DNA of 62,712 nucleotides, the filler included, from Stramenopiles sp. TOSAG23-2 (taxonomy: Eukaryota), in NCBI GenBank assembly GCA_900128395.1. It is 3 parts of 3 records of this genome, joined end to end, with 100 filler letters (N's around TTAATTAATTAA, not from the genome) between each part and the next. Parts side by side here need not be neighbours in the genome. Positions count along the whole stretch, not along the records: positions 30,569 to 60,996 come from LT649382.1; 2 more parts are not named here. One strand, given 5' to 3'. Positions 32,568-46,400 of the stretch are shown here, one piece after another (positions within the stretch are counted from its first letter, which is position 1; each line of letters opens with the position of its first letter). The notes under the pieces were generated by a model. It searched no databases, had not been told where the DNA came from, and saw only the letters and a program-made list of their open reading frames with translations. The translations under genes were made by a program, and so were the position numbers.

Positions 32568-33670
32568 TCAATTTATAGCACTACTACTACCATTTAAAAC
32601 AATACCGACTCCTTTACTCTTCATATTCATTTGTAAAACATCAGCAAATGCATTCATTGCTGTTGACATAGCGTGAAATTGATTTTGTACATCATTAGTA
32701 TGGTTTATACCAGTATCTTCCAACCTTTGAACCTCCCTACGGATTAAATCTTCTAATAATTTAGAATGCTTAGCCGTTGCTCCTAATTCCTTTCCTACAT
32801 TACTTAACCCATCAGTTAAAGTCTTTCGCAATCGATTTTGTTGTTTTAAACTTATACGCAATGCATCTCTTAAACTTGCATCGTTTTTTTGAACTTCTTT
32901 CACTAATTCCTCCATTTGTTTGGTATGCGTCGTTATATCGAGATGATGTTGTTCCTCAATAATTTCAGCCAAATTCACTAAACGTTTTTGTGTATCATCC
33001 TTAAATCGAACATGTGATTCTCGTAATGCATGGGCATCGTCTGCTAATGCTGCGATATCTTGAGCCAGTGCACCAGCAGCAGTTGTAATACCATTTCTGG
33101 TTTTATCCATCTCCTCTCGCATATGTAAACAATCGTCTTTTATTTCACGAACCCAACGATCCGCATTAGACGACATGGAGCTAATGCTTTCCATTCTACC
33201 ATTTAGTGTTGTATATTTTTGCTCAAGTAAATCAATTTTTGTATTGGCTTGGTGGACTTTATTAGCATCTTTACGAATATTTTCCAGCTCCTCCGCTAAT
33301 GTGTCCAATACACTATGTTCTAATTCTTCCTGCGTTGCGGCATTATTTTTACTATTGAGTTCCCTATTAATATTTTTAAATTTTACATCAAGATGATTTA
33401 TTCGCAAATCAACATCGTTCCAACGAGAATCTTGCTCATCCCGCAGACTATCAATCTCCTCTAATACAGTGTCAGATAACGCGTCAAATGCTTTTTTTCA
33501 TCTTTTTCATCATTTTTTCAATAGACAAAAATCTATTTTCCACACTCTCATCAATACGATGCGTAAATGCATCCAAACGGGATAACCGTGTTTGTCATAG
33601 CTAATAAAGCCTTTGCATGATGTGGATGACCTTCTGGATAATTTGTTGCAATATTGACATTGGACGACAT
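32568..33670 (-). CDS. Coiled-coil protein with two apparent +1 frameshifts in its 5' part
   Basis: ATG at 33670 (MSSNVNIATNYPEGHPHHAKALLAMT). Removing one A near 33592 and one from the A7 run at 33492-33498 gives a continuous frame ...RLSRLDAFTHRIDESVENRFLSIEKMMKKMKKAFDALSDTVLEE... into the 33407 ORF. Confidence 0.7.
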
Positions 33671-34311
33671 GATTACTTAGTTGTTATAATGATAAAAATA
33701 TATCTATATGTATATACAGTATGCGTGTGCGTGCGTATATATATATTATGGCCATAGCCAGGGTAGCTATTGATATATATATAGTCTGCGCCGTCGTCAG
33801 ACTCTTTCTAATTGATATATATATATATTTATAATAATTAACTGTAAGCCTGGTTGCGTAAGTTGGTAAAAGCCGCCTCTGTATCTCCCTGGGATCTGTG
33901 TGTGCCTGGTGAGGTGTGGTATAAAGGTGCTACGAGGAAGCCTGGCCTGCTTCCCTTGTATGAATATTAAGGATAATGGTAGAATATGAGTTGTCTAATC
34001 TTATAATAGTACCTATCAGTATATTATAATTAGAATAGAATACCTAACACCTTACCATATTACTAGTGTGCAAATAAGTATACAAAAAAACAAAAATACA
34101 AACAAACAAAGGCGATTATAATTTCAATAATACATGAAAAAGAATCAAGTTAGTCGAGACCCTCGCCTCTTCGCTTACCATCTGTACTGCGTCTTCGCGT
34201 AGAATCAAGTCATATATCTTTTTCGCTCACGGAGAATGTAAATGTACCAGAACTAAAATAAATACATACACACATATACATAATAGAAATATATGTAGGA
34301 ATAAAAAAAAA

Positions 34312-34914
34312 ATGACATCAAATGCTAATAAATTTAATAATAATAATAATAATAATCAACCAGCTGAGTTAAGTACAATGTCCACTAGCACATCAAAGCC
34401 GACAACCATTATCGGCGGAATGGTACAAACATCTAGTGATTCAGACTCGGTCAAACTAGATATGATGAAGCTAAATGTAAATGAAAATGAAACAAATAAT
34501 GATAATAATAACAATGTTATTGATACGGATGATGATAGTAATAACAATAATAAGAAGAACAACAATAATAATAATAATAATAACACTAATAATAATATTA
34601 GTGCTAATGATAATGCAAACAAAAATAAAGATATAGTAAATAAAAATTCAGAGAATGATAAAACGGGTGATAAAACGGATGATTGGATGTATGCAGAGTC
34701 AAATAGTGGTGCTATATACGAGGAAGTTAGGATCGAAGAGATGGAATGGAACGAAGAAGAGGAAGCATATTTCTATCCTTGCCCATGTGGCGATCAGTTT
34801 ATCATGCCTATAGAAGATTTAGAAGATGGTGAAGATATTGCACTTTGTCCTAGCTGTTCATTGCGAATACGTGTCCTATATGATCCAAAACAATTCGATG
34901 ATGGGCTCGACTAA
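34312..34914 (+). CDS. DPH3: Diphthamide biosynthesis protein 3 (CSL zinc finger) with Asn-rich N-terminal extension
   Basis: IYEEVRIEEM...YFYPCPCGDQF...LEDGEDIALCPSCSLRIRVLYD. Confidence 0.93.
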   Translation: MTSNANKFNNNNNNNQPAELSTMSTSTSKPTTIIGGMVQTSSDSDSVKLDMMKLNVNENETNNDNNNNVIDTDDDSNNNNKKNNNNNNNNNTNNNISANDNANKNKDIVNKNSENDKTGDKTDDWMYAESNSGAIYEEVRIEEMEWNEEEEAYFYPCPCGDQFIMPIEDLEDGEDIALCPSCSLRIRVLYDPKQFDDGLD

Positions 34915-35479
34915 ATAAAAATATTTTTTGTACAACACATGTAAATATATACGTACATCATATGCATTATATATAAAATATGTTTGTATAATGTTATATA
35001 TTATATTTTAACGTATTTTAAAATAAAAGAATTTTTCACAAATATTTTTTACTCTCTCGTCGAACCATATGATATGATATATGATATTTCTACGATAGGA
35101 ATAAGAAACTGCATCAATAATTTTCTCCTATCATGTATACATCCACAAACGTTTATAAAAATATTATACGAGGCGCGTAAAATATATTAAAATACGAATA
35201 TCTCATATATGCCCCGCATACGCCATATATATATTATATTATATTTTAAGACACCCTATTATATTTAAATAAAATATATATTATTACAAATAACTTTAGA
35301 TTTTAACCACATCATATTAAATATATATCATATGTCGTATTATTCAAATTTTAAATTAAAGGAGAAAGACGTGAACGAACGCAGGTGCAAACGCGGCGTC
35401 ATTTTTTTTTCCAAAGAATATATTAATAAACATACCTCCTTTGTCATCTTATATATATATACCATTCTTTATATGATAA

Positions 35480-36763
35480 TCATTCTAAAATATCAACCCT
35501 ATTCAATGTATCTTCCAATATTTTCAAGATTGCTTCCTCGGTGCTCTCTCTAGTCTTCTTTTCCTCTTCAATTTTCCATCTTAATTTTCCAAACATATCA
35601 TCTAGCATCTTCATCAACGTATTTTCCATTTCCTCACGTACATGTTTTTCAGTTAGGGTCATATGTTTGACTTCTGCAATATCACGCTTAACCGATGTTT
35701 CATTATTTTCTAACTTAATCACTGTTTCTCCCAATCTAGCAACAATACCGTTTAATTCAATAACTTGCGATTCTGCATTAGCAGAGCCTCTTTCAGCTTC
35801 TTGCATTCTGGATCTAAAATTTGATAAATGATCTTCCACATTCCGTTCCATATCCCTTTTTGCACGGCTTATTTCACTAGTCAATCGTTCAAATTGTGTC
35901 CTATATTTATCTTCATTGCTTTTCCTTAATCGTCTCTCTTCATCCAATTGTTCATTCAGTGATTTGACACTATCTTCCAAGCCACGTATGCGTTTATTTG
36001 CATCAGTATTTTCAAGTTGCTTCGTCAACCAACTGACTTTCTCGTTTAAATAATTGTTCATCTCAACAACTTCTTTTAACGTCTGTGCCATGGCACTAGC
36101 TTTGTTTCTTTTTTCAACAGCTTGTACTCTGGCGCTTTCAGCTAGTCGGGATGATAAATTTTCCAATCTTGAACGTACAGGTGTAGCCGCATTTTGCGCG
36201 ATGCGATTGTTCAGACTAGCAATACGGGACCCAACCCCTCCACCATTTTCATTATTGTTATGGGTAATAGCGCTTTTAGATGTAGTGTTGTGGCTATTGA
36301 AATGGTAAGGTGTTGTTGTTTGTTGTTGAGATGGTAAAGGGGGCGATGAAGATAAGGTTGTTGTTGGTAACTGTTGATTTAATGGAGATGAAAATGGTTT
36401 ACTTTCATAATTATTTGATGCTTTTTCCACTTCATTTTGTCTTTTTTCATTTGCATTTTCCTCGTTGATAACAGCATTTGGATTCTTTGTGGAATCAATC
36501 TGGCTATTGTCAATGCTTTCCTCAATAAAGTCATCATCATAGTTTAAACTATTTTCAATATCTTTAATATCAGACGAGTTTTTGTTTAAATCGTCGTCAT
36601 TATTACTACTCTCCTGACTTCGTTTATTATTGTTATTATCATCATTGCGACTTAATCTTGCATGTTTATTTTCTCTAATAGCATTTAAAAAAGAATCATC
36701 CTCATCATCTGATGACATATCAAAACTATTGACGCTATCGATAATATTTACTTGTTCTGCCAT
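35480..36763 (-). CDS. Coiled-coil protein, SF-assemblin/beta-giardin-like C-terminus
   Basis: Low-complexity head followed by a segmented coil ending EKHVREEMENTLMKMLDD...EEEKKTRESTEEAILKILEDTL. Confidence 0.55.
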   Translation of the reverse strand: MAEQVNIIDSVNSFDMSSDDEDDSFLNAIRENKHARLSRNDDNNNNKRSQESSNNDDDLNKNSSDIKDIENSLNYDDDFIEESIDNSQIDSTKNPNAVINEENANEKRQNEVEKASNNYESKPFSSPLNQQLPTTTLSSSPPLPSQQQTTTPYHFNSHNTTSKSAITHNNNENGGGVGSRIASLNNRIAQNAATPVRSRLENLSSRLAESARVQAVEKRNKASAMAQTLKEVVEMNNYLNEKVSWLTKQLENTDANKRIRGLEDSVKSLNEQLDEERRLRKSNEDKYRTQFERLTSEISRAKRDMERNVEDHLSNFRSRMQEAERGSANAESQVIELNGIVARLGETVIKLENNETSVKRDIAEVKHMTLTEKHVREEMENTLMKMLDDMFGKLRWKIEEEKKTRESTEEAILKILEDTLNRVDILE

Positions 36764-37464
36764 TATGACAAAAAACTCACGCTATAATAATATTCCTATA
36801 TATGTTATATAATGTAATAATAATAATAATAATAATAATAACAATAAATAATAATAATAGTTCCAACTAGATTGTTAAATGGAAATATGTTATTAAATAT
36901 CTATATATATCTATATATTTCTGTTACTATTTGTTTAACGTTTCGTAATTTGTTGTATGAATTGTATTTCTTTCTACATACAATTTTATCCACTTTAATG
37001 AATATTTAAATTTCCAATCATCATTTTTTACATTCTTCATCATCTATGTATTGTGCTATTACAGTACCTGGTACTAATACATAAAAAATACAGCTGTAGA
37101 ATTTTAGTGTCAGTAGATAAAGAGCTGCATGTGGCTTGGGAGTGGTTTTCACTCTAACTCATTTAGTGCTGTGTCCTGTATCTGGCAATCTGGCAGTTAA
37201 CTTTAAGGTTTGCTAGCTAGAGCTTCCTTATCCTGGTGATGGACGAATACCTAGGTAATATAATAAAAAATTATAACGTTGAGTTGTTATTTATTATTAA
37301 ACCCGGATGGACCCATGTGTTGTTGGTTAGATAGATATATCGATAAACAGAGAGATATATATTATATAGAAAACATTCAATGGATTAGATCAAGAAAACA
37401 ATACAACATCTTTCCATATCATAACATCATACCAATAAATTTGTAAAACACATATAGATACGCC

Positions 37465-40400
37465 ATGAAAAAAAATAAGCGATTGTTATCATACAATAAT
37501 GATAAAAAGGATAGGAATACAACTTCAAAATATATGAAAAAGAAAAGAAAAGAAAAAAAGACTTCAAAAGATGGTGGTATTGTTCGTCACTCAGGTTGGC
37601 ATTCTACCTGGAAAGCTAGAGAAGCAGAAATTGCAGCTGGTAATGTAAAACAGAAAAATAATGATACAAATGAAAGCAAACAAAAATCAGAACATGATGT
37701 CATTCGAGAAAGATCGAAAAAAGATTTAGACGCAAATGTCGCACAAGATTTAATAGGTTACTTAGATTGGCTGTCAAAAAGGACAAATAATTTAGAAAAC
37801 CGTATCACAAAACATTATGAAACAAATGAAAACTATACCAATGTTGATGCAGATACTTACTCTATTCAAAGCAATGACAACAACATGATTAACAATAATG
37901 TAAATAAAATATCAAGGCCAAGAACATCTCCGGTCCATAGTTTACAATATCGAAATTTATCCATGAATAATAATACAATACTTAAATATCAAAATGAACA
38001 ACAATCTCAGAGTCAAGTATATGATAATAATAACAATGTATATAATAATAATAATAGAAACAAAAATTTTAATCGAAGGCGAACCAGGCCAAAAACATCC
38101 TTACAACATGCTGGAAAATTACGATTAGATGAACATGGGCTTCCATTTGTATCAAAGCGTGAATTAAGAGATGAATCTATTCCATTCGACGATCAAGTTA
38201 ATAATTTTTTGAACAAATATATTAAACATCAAATGAAACCAAAAACAAGCGCTAAGATACAAAAGTGGTACCGTGGAATACGAGTAAGACATAAATTTTT
38301 ACGATGGAAAAGGCGAAAATTATTGAAAATGGAAGATATATTTGTGGTTTGGAAATTATCTTGGAAATTTCGCAAGCTAAGTCATAATTCTAAGCAACGT
38401 AGATACTGGGCGGCATGGAAAGAAGATCATGATGATTTAAAAGCAACGAAAAGATTATTAGAAAGAGCCATGAAAAAAGAATCCGGGAAAACCCGCACTA
38501 TATTAGCAAATTTAATGGTTGGCCAAGCAATGAGCAAAGGTGGTAATGGTAGTGATGCAGGATATAGCCCAGAACAGCTGAAATTAATGAATGATATTCG
38601 TTTTGAAGCGTTGAGACAAGCTAAATCAAAGGCATTCTTGGCGTGGACGCGTGCAGTTGAATATAGTAAAGTTAATGCGGAAAAAGCTAGGTTACATTTA
38701 CAACGTGTTATGAGATCACTAGAAAGTCAACGACAGACATATATGTGGCCAATTGAACGATGTGCATTAATGTTAAAATTATGGAGAAGAGTTATTCGAT
38801 TTCAAAAATATATAAAAAATGGCGGTGATGGTATACCAGAGTTTAAAGATTTAAATCAGTTGGATGAATGGGATGCATGGCTCGCTGAATATGAAAGATG
38901 GCAAATTATATACTTCAAAGCCGATACACTTGCACCGTTAGTTTTGATGAGGCGTAACTTGATACGGATAAAAAGATATGTAGATAATATAAAAGACGCA
39001 CGTCAAAAGGATAAAGATGCCAGGAGACATTATAAATCGTATTTAGTCAAACGTTGCTTATTGAGTTGGAGAGTAGAAGCTCGGCAACGTGGTCGAAATA
39101 TGAGAAAGTTGCGAAAAATTATGTTTACATGGTTAGCGTGGGCAAAACGCGAAAAAGAATTGAAAAAAAGAGAAAATTTAATTGCTTCACGTTTACATGA
39201 TAGGGCTATTGGAAATGTTTTCATGCAATGGCGTTGGAGAAGAAATGCACATGCGATGGTTGTTGCAACAGGACTTCATTTTTTGCTCCAGTCTAGTGCA
39301 AAATACTCTCTTTTATACGCGATATTTAAATGGAAGCAAGATGGACCACATTGTGTCATGATGCGTTGTTGGCGTCAATGGACAAAATTTGCGTCTCGCC
39401 GTGTTTTATGGAATCGTTATTTGTTCCAATATCGCAGACGTGTAGCTAGAAATGCGCAAAGTAAATATTTAAGAGCGTGGAGAATGTATGCTATGAAACG
39501 TATTGAGTCTAGAAGAAGGAGAAAACGCCAGCGTTACCTTGAGCAAACGGGAGACAATGTTTTAGAGAATGGTAGTGAAGATGATTATAACAGTTCTGAT
39601 GAGGAATCTGATGTAGATATGAGGTTTGAAGATAGAAACAGTGATATCAACTGGACTGTTGAATGGAAGAAACGTTCTAAAAAGGCCGATTCAAAGCTTC
39701 GTGGTCTCCAAGAAGGTGCATTACCGGAAGATAGATTAGACGAAATGGTTATGCGGCGAATGCTTATAGATACAAACGAGTTAGCCAGTTTTTCTGATGA
39801 TGTTGATAGTAATAAATATTCGAACCCCCCCATTGATCGTGCAGGAAATACCCTACTGCACATCGCATGCGGTCGAGGAGATGCCAACACTGTTCAAAAT
39901 TTAATTACTCAGGGACACCCAATCAATATTACCAATTACAAGGACCAAACGCCTTTGCATTGCGCGGCAAGGCATTTGCCATTAATGTTTCTCCCAGTTG
40001 TTATTCATTTATTGGAAAGTGGTGCCTCTATCGATATGGAAGATAGCACTGGAAAAACACCAATAGAACTAGCTATTANNNNNNNNNNNNNNNNNNNNNN
40101 NNNNNNNNNNNNNNNNNNNNNNNNNNNNNNNNNNNNNNNNNNNNNNNNNNNNNNNNNNNNNNNNNNNNNNNNNNNNNNNNNNNNNNNNNNNNNNNNNNNN
40201 NNNNNNNNNNATCCACAAATTAGTTTTCTTTTACGTAGACATAAGCAACGTTTAGAAAATTACGAATTCACGTCCAAAGAGAGGCAATGGTATCGTCGGA
40301 TGAGAATCAATCAATGGTCTTGCGTTAATCATACAGAAATATGGCAAGAAGCAGTTCATCTATATGTTCTACAGAAAAAACAAGGACAAGGTCTTGGAAA

Positions 40401-43400
40401 TGAAAATGGAAGTGCCGTTGGTGCTGGCGGACGCCCGCAATCAAAAAGGTCCAGAGCGGGTGGTATATCTGATGCTCGAATGGAACGGATAAGAAGACTG
40501 CAAAAAGGTGCACACGGTAGCGTAGACGATAAAAGCAATGCAATGGCTGGTGAAACCAAGTTTGGTAATGATGGAAGTGGAACTGTGGAAGAGCCAAGTG
40601 GTTGGTATTCTCCAAGATGTTTGAAAAATCAGTGGACTCAGCGCTATCACCGCGCTTTAGCATTTTTAAGAACTCGCCGCGCTTTAGAAAATTCCGGGTA
40701 CAGAGCTCTCGTGACAACACAGACATTAAAGCGAAATCGCCGAATAAGGCGAATGCGCCGACGGTTACAAAGAGATAAATTGTTATTGTCCAATGCATAT
40801 TTAAGAAAGACTGTTCAAGAGTATGAGAAAGCAGCCAAGCAACAAAAATATATCGCAGACGCTGGGAAGCATTCCTCAGACGAAGATGAGGATGATGAGT
40901 TTAATAGTGATGATGATGAAAATGAGCGCAAAGGTAGCAGAAAATCAGATGGAGATAGTGATGATAATGGCTCTGATTCTGATTCTGAACATAGCATAAT
41001 CGAAAGCAGTGTTGCCGAATCGGATTTTGATCTTGCTTCATCTTTAAATGACGGAGACAATATGCCTCTTAACAAAGTTTCTAGTGGTGGTTTAGAAGGT
41101 GTTTCTATCTCAGACAATAAAAATAAAATCAGTGGCATTGTTCCAATGCCATCTCTAACAGATATTGATTCACGACCAAATACCGCTGTTGTAGATGGCG
41201 AAGATAATACCAGAACAAATGTGCCAGTGGTATCCATGTCAGTAAAAAAAAAGAAGAAACAAGCACAGGCATCAAAATATGGAATGGTTCTTGAAGACGC
41301 AAATAAAGTAGTTGGTGACCCCCTTCGTTGGGATACCGATGAAGATAGTGATATGGAAGATTTTACGGATACAATTGACGAATCACTTAGCTCATTGCTT
41401 GATATTGGCAAAGTGCAACGGCGTTCTAAAGAATTAAAATGGAATAATAAGGATGAGGACGATGTGGATGTAGATGATGTAGATGAAGATGAAAACGATG
41501 ATTTAGGGGTTATAAATGTCAATATTGCATTTGCAAAGGCAATTAAGAGCCTCGCAGCTGATGAAGATGATAAAGAAAAAGAAAGCATACGTTTTTCTAG
41601 CGAACATGATGTCAATTTAATTCGTTTTGGCATTGAACGGAAATTAGCGAGTTTAGGAGGGATGGAAATTACAGTAACAACAGGTTTGCATGGGATACCC
41701 AGATCTACGGAAGAACTTGAGCGATTGGAAAGTATTTCCAGTGCACGTCCAAACAGCAGTTCTGGAAGACCAAGCAGTAGGGGAAAAGATGATGATGAAA
41801 GTAACAGTAGTAAATCTCTTGACGGTATGGACCCGGAGTATTTTGGCCAATTAAAAAAGGCACATGGTATTGCTCTTTCAATGCTAGACGCAGAAAGAAA
41901 TGACTTGGAACACCGATGGGATACATGTGATCATGAAATACAAACAGCCGATGCTGAGATAATTAAAGATCAAGAAAAATTGAATGGTTTGTATATAAAA
42001 CGAGAATCAGCATTAGCTGAGTTAAGTATAGTCATACAACATGCGAAAAAAGAATCAAAAAATATACAAGTGCAGATTAAGAAGACTAAACATCTTGCTT
42101 TTGAAGCAGATCAACATGTTGAAAAACTTGAGGCAAAAATGCAAAAAATTGAGGATGCATTAGAAGCTGCGAAGCAAAATTTTACGATTGCTTGCAAACG
42201 TCGGTTGGGACCGGATAAAATTAAAAAGGCACAAAAGGCGAAAGACAGTGCAGGGAAAAAGTTAAAAGATGCTGGGAAAGAATTTCAAAGTGCGAAAGAA
42301 GAAGCCGCCGCGCTTGAAAGCAAGGTGCATACACAAATTCAATTAAGCAAAAAGATGCAACAATTAAATCAACAAAATACTCAGGTTCATCTAAATTTAT
42401 TAGCAGATATTGATAAGCAAGCATCCGATTTAGTAAATAAAATAGAAACAAATAAAGAGGCAACTAAAGAAAACGTACGAGAACTGCAAAGTCTGGAAAT
42501 GCAACTACATGAAGTAAAAATTGAGCAAGGCCGGAACCAAGCAGCGTTTAGTGATGCTGATAAAAGTGAAAACGAATTGTTGCAAGGAACAAGTGGAAGT
42601 AGGTATAGAAGGTATGGGACGACAACACCACCAAGCACCCCTCCATTAAGTCGTGGGTCAATTACTGCATTGACAATGGTTTTGGAGGAACCACCCCCTC
42701 AGTCACCATTACAAAACGAGCAGCAAGTTGTAGATAAATACCAAAATGATGATAATTTAGGGATTTTTTCAGAAGAAGATAGTTCCTCAGAATCAGTTAG
42801 TGACATAGATTTTGACGAAGGAAAACAGGAAAATAAAGGTTCCCCGGCTCAAAGTTTTCTTCTTGCACCACCAAAGCGAAAGCGACCTCCAAAATCAGCA
42901 AAAGATTGGAAGAAGGAGAATCGAGAGGTTTTAGCTACGACTCCGAGTGCCAAGGCACAAAGGGAAGAAAATCTTGAAATTAAAGCTAAACATGCTGTTT
43001 TAAAAGCCGAACATAAATATTTAAATACCCCGCCACAACAACGACGAAAAGAATCACAGAGTATTTACAAAGACAGTGTTGAAGTACTCTTTAATGAAGA
43101 AAGAGTTCAACACAAAGCTCAATTAGAACAGCTTGCAATTCAAAGAGCAAAAAAAGAAAAAGAAGATGCCAAAGCAGAGCGAAAAAAGAAGCGAAAAACA
43201 GAAATGGCATCTAGCCTTAATGCATCAGAATCTGTATTTGATGTTTTTGCAGTTGAAAAACGGAAGAAGGCAAAAGAAGGAAGAAAAGCTGCTGCAAAAA
43301 AGAAGGCCGAAGAAAAGGCTGAATTAAATGGCGAGCCACGAGTTGACAGTGATTCTGATACTGATAGTGATGATGAGTGGAGAAAAGGATGGAAAGATGA

Positions 43401-46400
43401 CATAATTTATGCACAACTATTAGCAGAGAAAAAAGAGGCAAAATATAATGGCACAAGTGATCTAAATAATGATGTTTTAACGACAAACGAAACAAACAAT
43501 GAAGTTGGGGGTAAACAACAGAAAGTAGCAAAGGGTAAAACTGGGATGAAAAAGCAATTGGAAACAAACAAAGCCAATAATGAAATGTTTTACTTTGGAA
43601 ATTTTGGAGTTCTCATAAATAACAAAGACGAGACAGATGAAATTGGTGAACATGATTTAAATGAGAATAGCAGTTTAATAGACGAGGAAGAATCAGTACA
43701 GACAACAAAGATGCAAAGTAACAGCTCTAAAGTGTCTACTGATAACATGACTGACGGAATTTTTGAACAAAACGATGATGTAGAAGACGGAGATGATGAA
43801 GTAGAGGATGCAATGTCGAAAGAAACAGATGATGATTTTTCCGACGAAGAGCCGGTTGATTGGAGAGCGTCTGAATATCCTGCCGAAATGTTTCAAGACC
43901 CTCTTGAGGAAGTAGATGGAAAGCCAAAACAGATAGACCCTAACAAATTTATGCTTGGGTCGTCCATTTCGGTTAGAGAGGCTACAAAGCATGGTATCGA
44001 CCCGCTAATATTTGTTGCACGCGACTCAGGGAAACGAGATGGTCTTGCAGGTGGAGATTTCGTTAATGAAGAAACTTTCATGGAAAGTTCTACTGATAAT
44101 CATGACGATAATGACGGGATCGTTTTGCAAGAATCATCTGTAATGGCAGATAATACTAATATGGATGATTCTAAAACCACAAAAGATTCAGCTGTATCTG
44201 GCAAAAATAAACTTAAAAAACAAGCAATTTTTAAGAAATCAGAATCAACACAGGATAAATTAAATGTAAATGTTACAAGTGTGGATACTGATAATATTGA
44301 AAAAAAGAATTTATTGGAAACAAAGTCAAACGAAGAGATGCTAACGGAGCAAAGTTCAACGAGACCAAGAACTGCACCAATGGCTGTTCCGCGTTCACCT
44401 GATGCCAGGTCATCTGAAGCTGCCAATTTGATGTTTGGAAGCAATTCTGAAGTTCTTGATAAAAGGCCTAACACCGCAATTGTGACTGAAACTGGTAGCG
44501 AAATTAAATTGCCAACAACAGAAGATGTTGAAAACATGGAAATTGAAGCATGGGATGAATCAGTCGAATCGCAAGGTTTAGTTATGCAAGGATCCCTGCT
44601 AAATGATTCATCGACAGATAGCAACAGAAAAAAAAGCGACCAAAAAACAGAATTAGTAAAAAAAAAGGCTGTAATTAAGAAGGAAGTTCGTTTGAAAATA
44701 AATTGGCACGATACAATAAACATTCGAGCATTGAAGAAGAAAAATGATTTTGAAAAACGTGTAAAGGATGATTTAGAACGTGTGCTTAAATCGCGTATAG
44801 AGGATGAGAAAAAGCGAAGAATGTCGGAGGACGGTACTTGGGCCCGTATGCCAGTACCTGATAATAATTTATTAGAGACCTACAAGCCTGTGCAAGCTTC
44901 AACAATGCGAACAGCAGTATCGCATCCAGATTTAGACATTTTGGTGAAAGAGGACAAAAATGCAATAATGCTCGGAAAATATGTTTTGGAAGGCTCAAAC
45001 TTTACTCATAAACCAATTACGAACAGTTTTATAGTAAAAAGTATGAGCACACCTGGATTAATCCAACGAGAATCGTTAAGAAAATCGCTGGAGGAATCAT
45101 CCGTCTATTTTGATGATGAAATAAAGGATCAAAATGGCATGATTCCACAGGATCAATCTCAACAATTTCTCCCAGATTCTGTCAATTCGGCCCAAACTGC
45201 TAGCGATTTCTTAGAATCTATATCATATGCAGGTGATGAACACGATGCATGGAATACATTCTTTGAAAGTCAGTACAGTGACGTTTCCAATAACGACAAT
45301 ACAAAATCACACAATGAAGACTTGAATAATGTAAAATCTAAGAATCTAGAAATCATTGGTGTTGGTAAAGGTCTTTCGTCATTAAAAGGTTCTTTTGGGG
45401 ATGAAAAAAGGGTGAATTCTGCTACAGGATTGAAATTAAAACATAAGTCGTTAGTCACAAACAACGAAAGTACCGAGTATTTAGTACACAATGATCGAAA
45501 CTATTCACCAAAGGAGACGGGGATACATACTACTTTGAAACAAGAAAGAAAACATATACGGGCAAGTACGGCGCCAACATCACCTATGCGACAGGCGAAA
45601 GGTTTAGATGGAACAACAATAAACAACGATAGCGGAAAAAGCGTACATCGGGAAACAAAGAAATACGACCGCCCCAGTTCATCTTCGTTTCGTTTAGAAG
45701 GAAGTACTGCTAGTGAGATTTCAGAATATTTGAGTGCTTTTAAAGCAAATATTAATGATAAAACGCTATCAAAAAATCATGAAGACGTTGTTTTGGCTTA
45801 CGCTGAAGCAATTGGTCGAGGGGAGACTAAACATGGAAATTTTGAGGAAAAACGAAAATTACTAAGTAGACGCAGTCGTAGTAGAGGCAAAGCGTTGAAT
45901 ACTAGCAATTCATTGGCAGGATTGAAACCTCTTTTGGTGACTCAAGTTAGCTCTCGTGTTTCGCAAGTATCTAGCACAGAGTCTGTTCCTTTAAAGCCTT
46001 TACCAATGAATATAATGAAAGCAATGCCACACGGCTTGAGTAATAGTAGCAAGGCACACCAATTAGACAGTGGATTATCTTCCTACAGCAGTACATTGGT
46101 TAAACCAAATCTTTCGCATGCAATTGGTGGAAGTCATCGAAGCTCGCATATCAATGTTAGCACGAATATAACATCCTCAATTGTTGGTGAGTATGAGAAA
46201 AAAGAAACCCAAAAAAGCAAAAAAGAGGTAACAGCGCAGGATGAAAGAGTTGAAAATTTTCAAATGATAGAAAAAAAGAAAAAATATGCAAAGTATGCAA
46301 AAAATAAGGGTAGACTATATTTAAAAGGAAAAAGCGTTTTACAGAAGGATGTAGAGGAACATGACGAGGAAACTAGTATCAATAATCAATACGAAGAACG

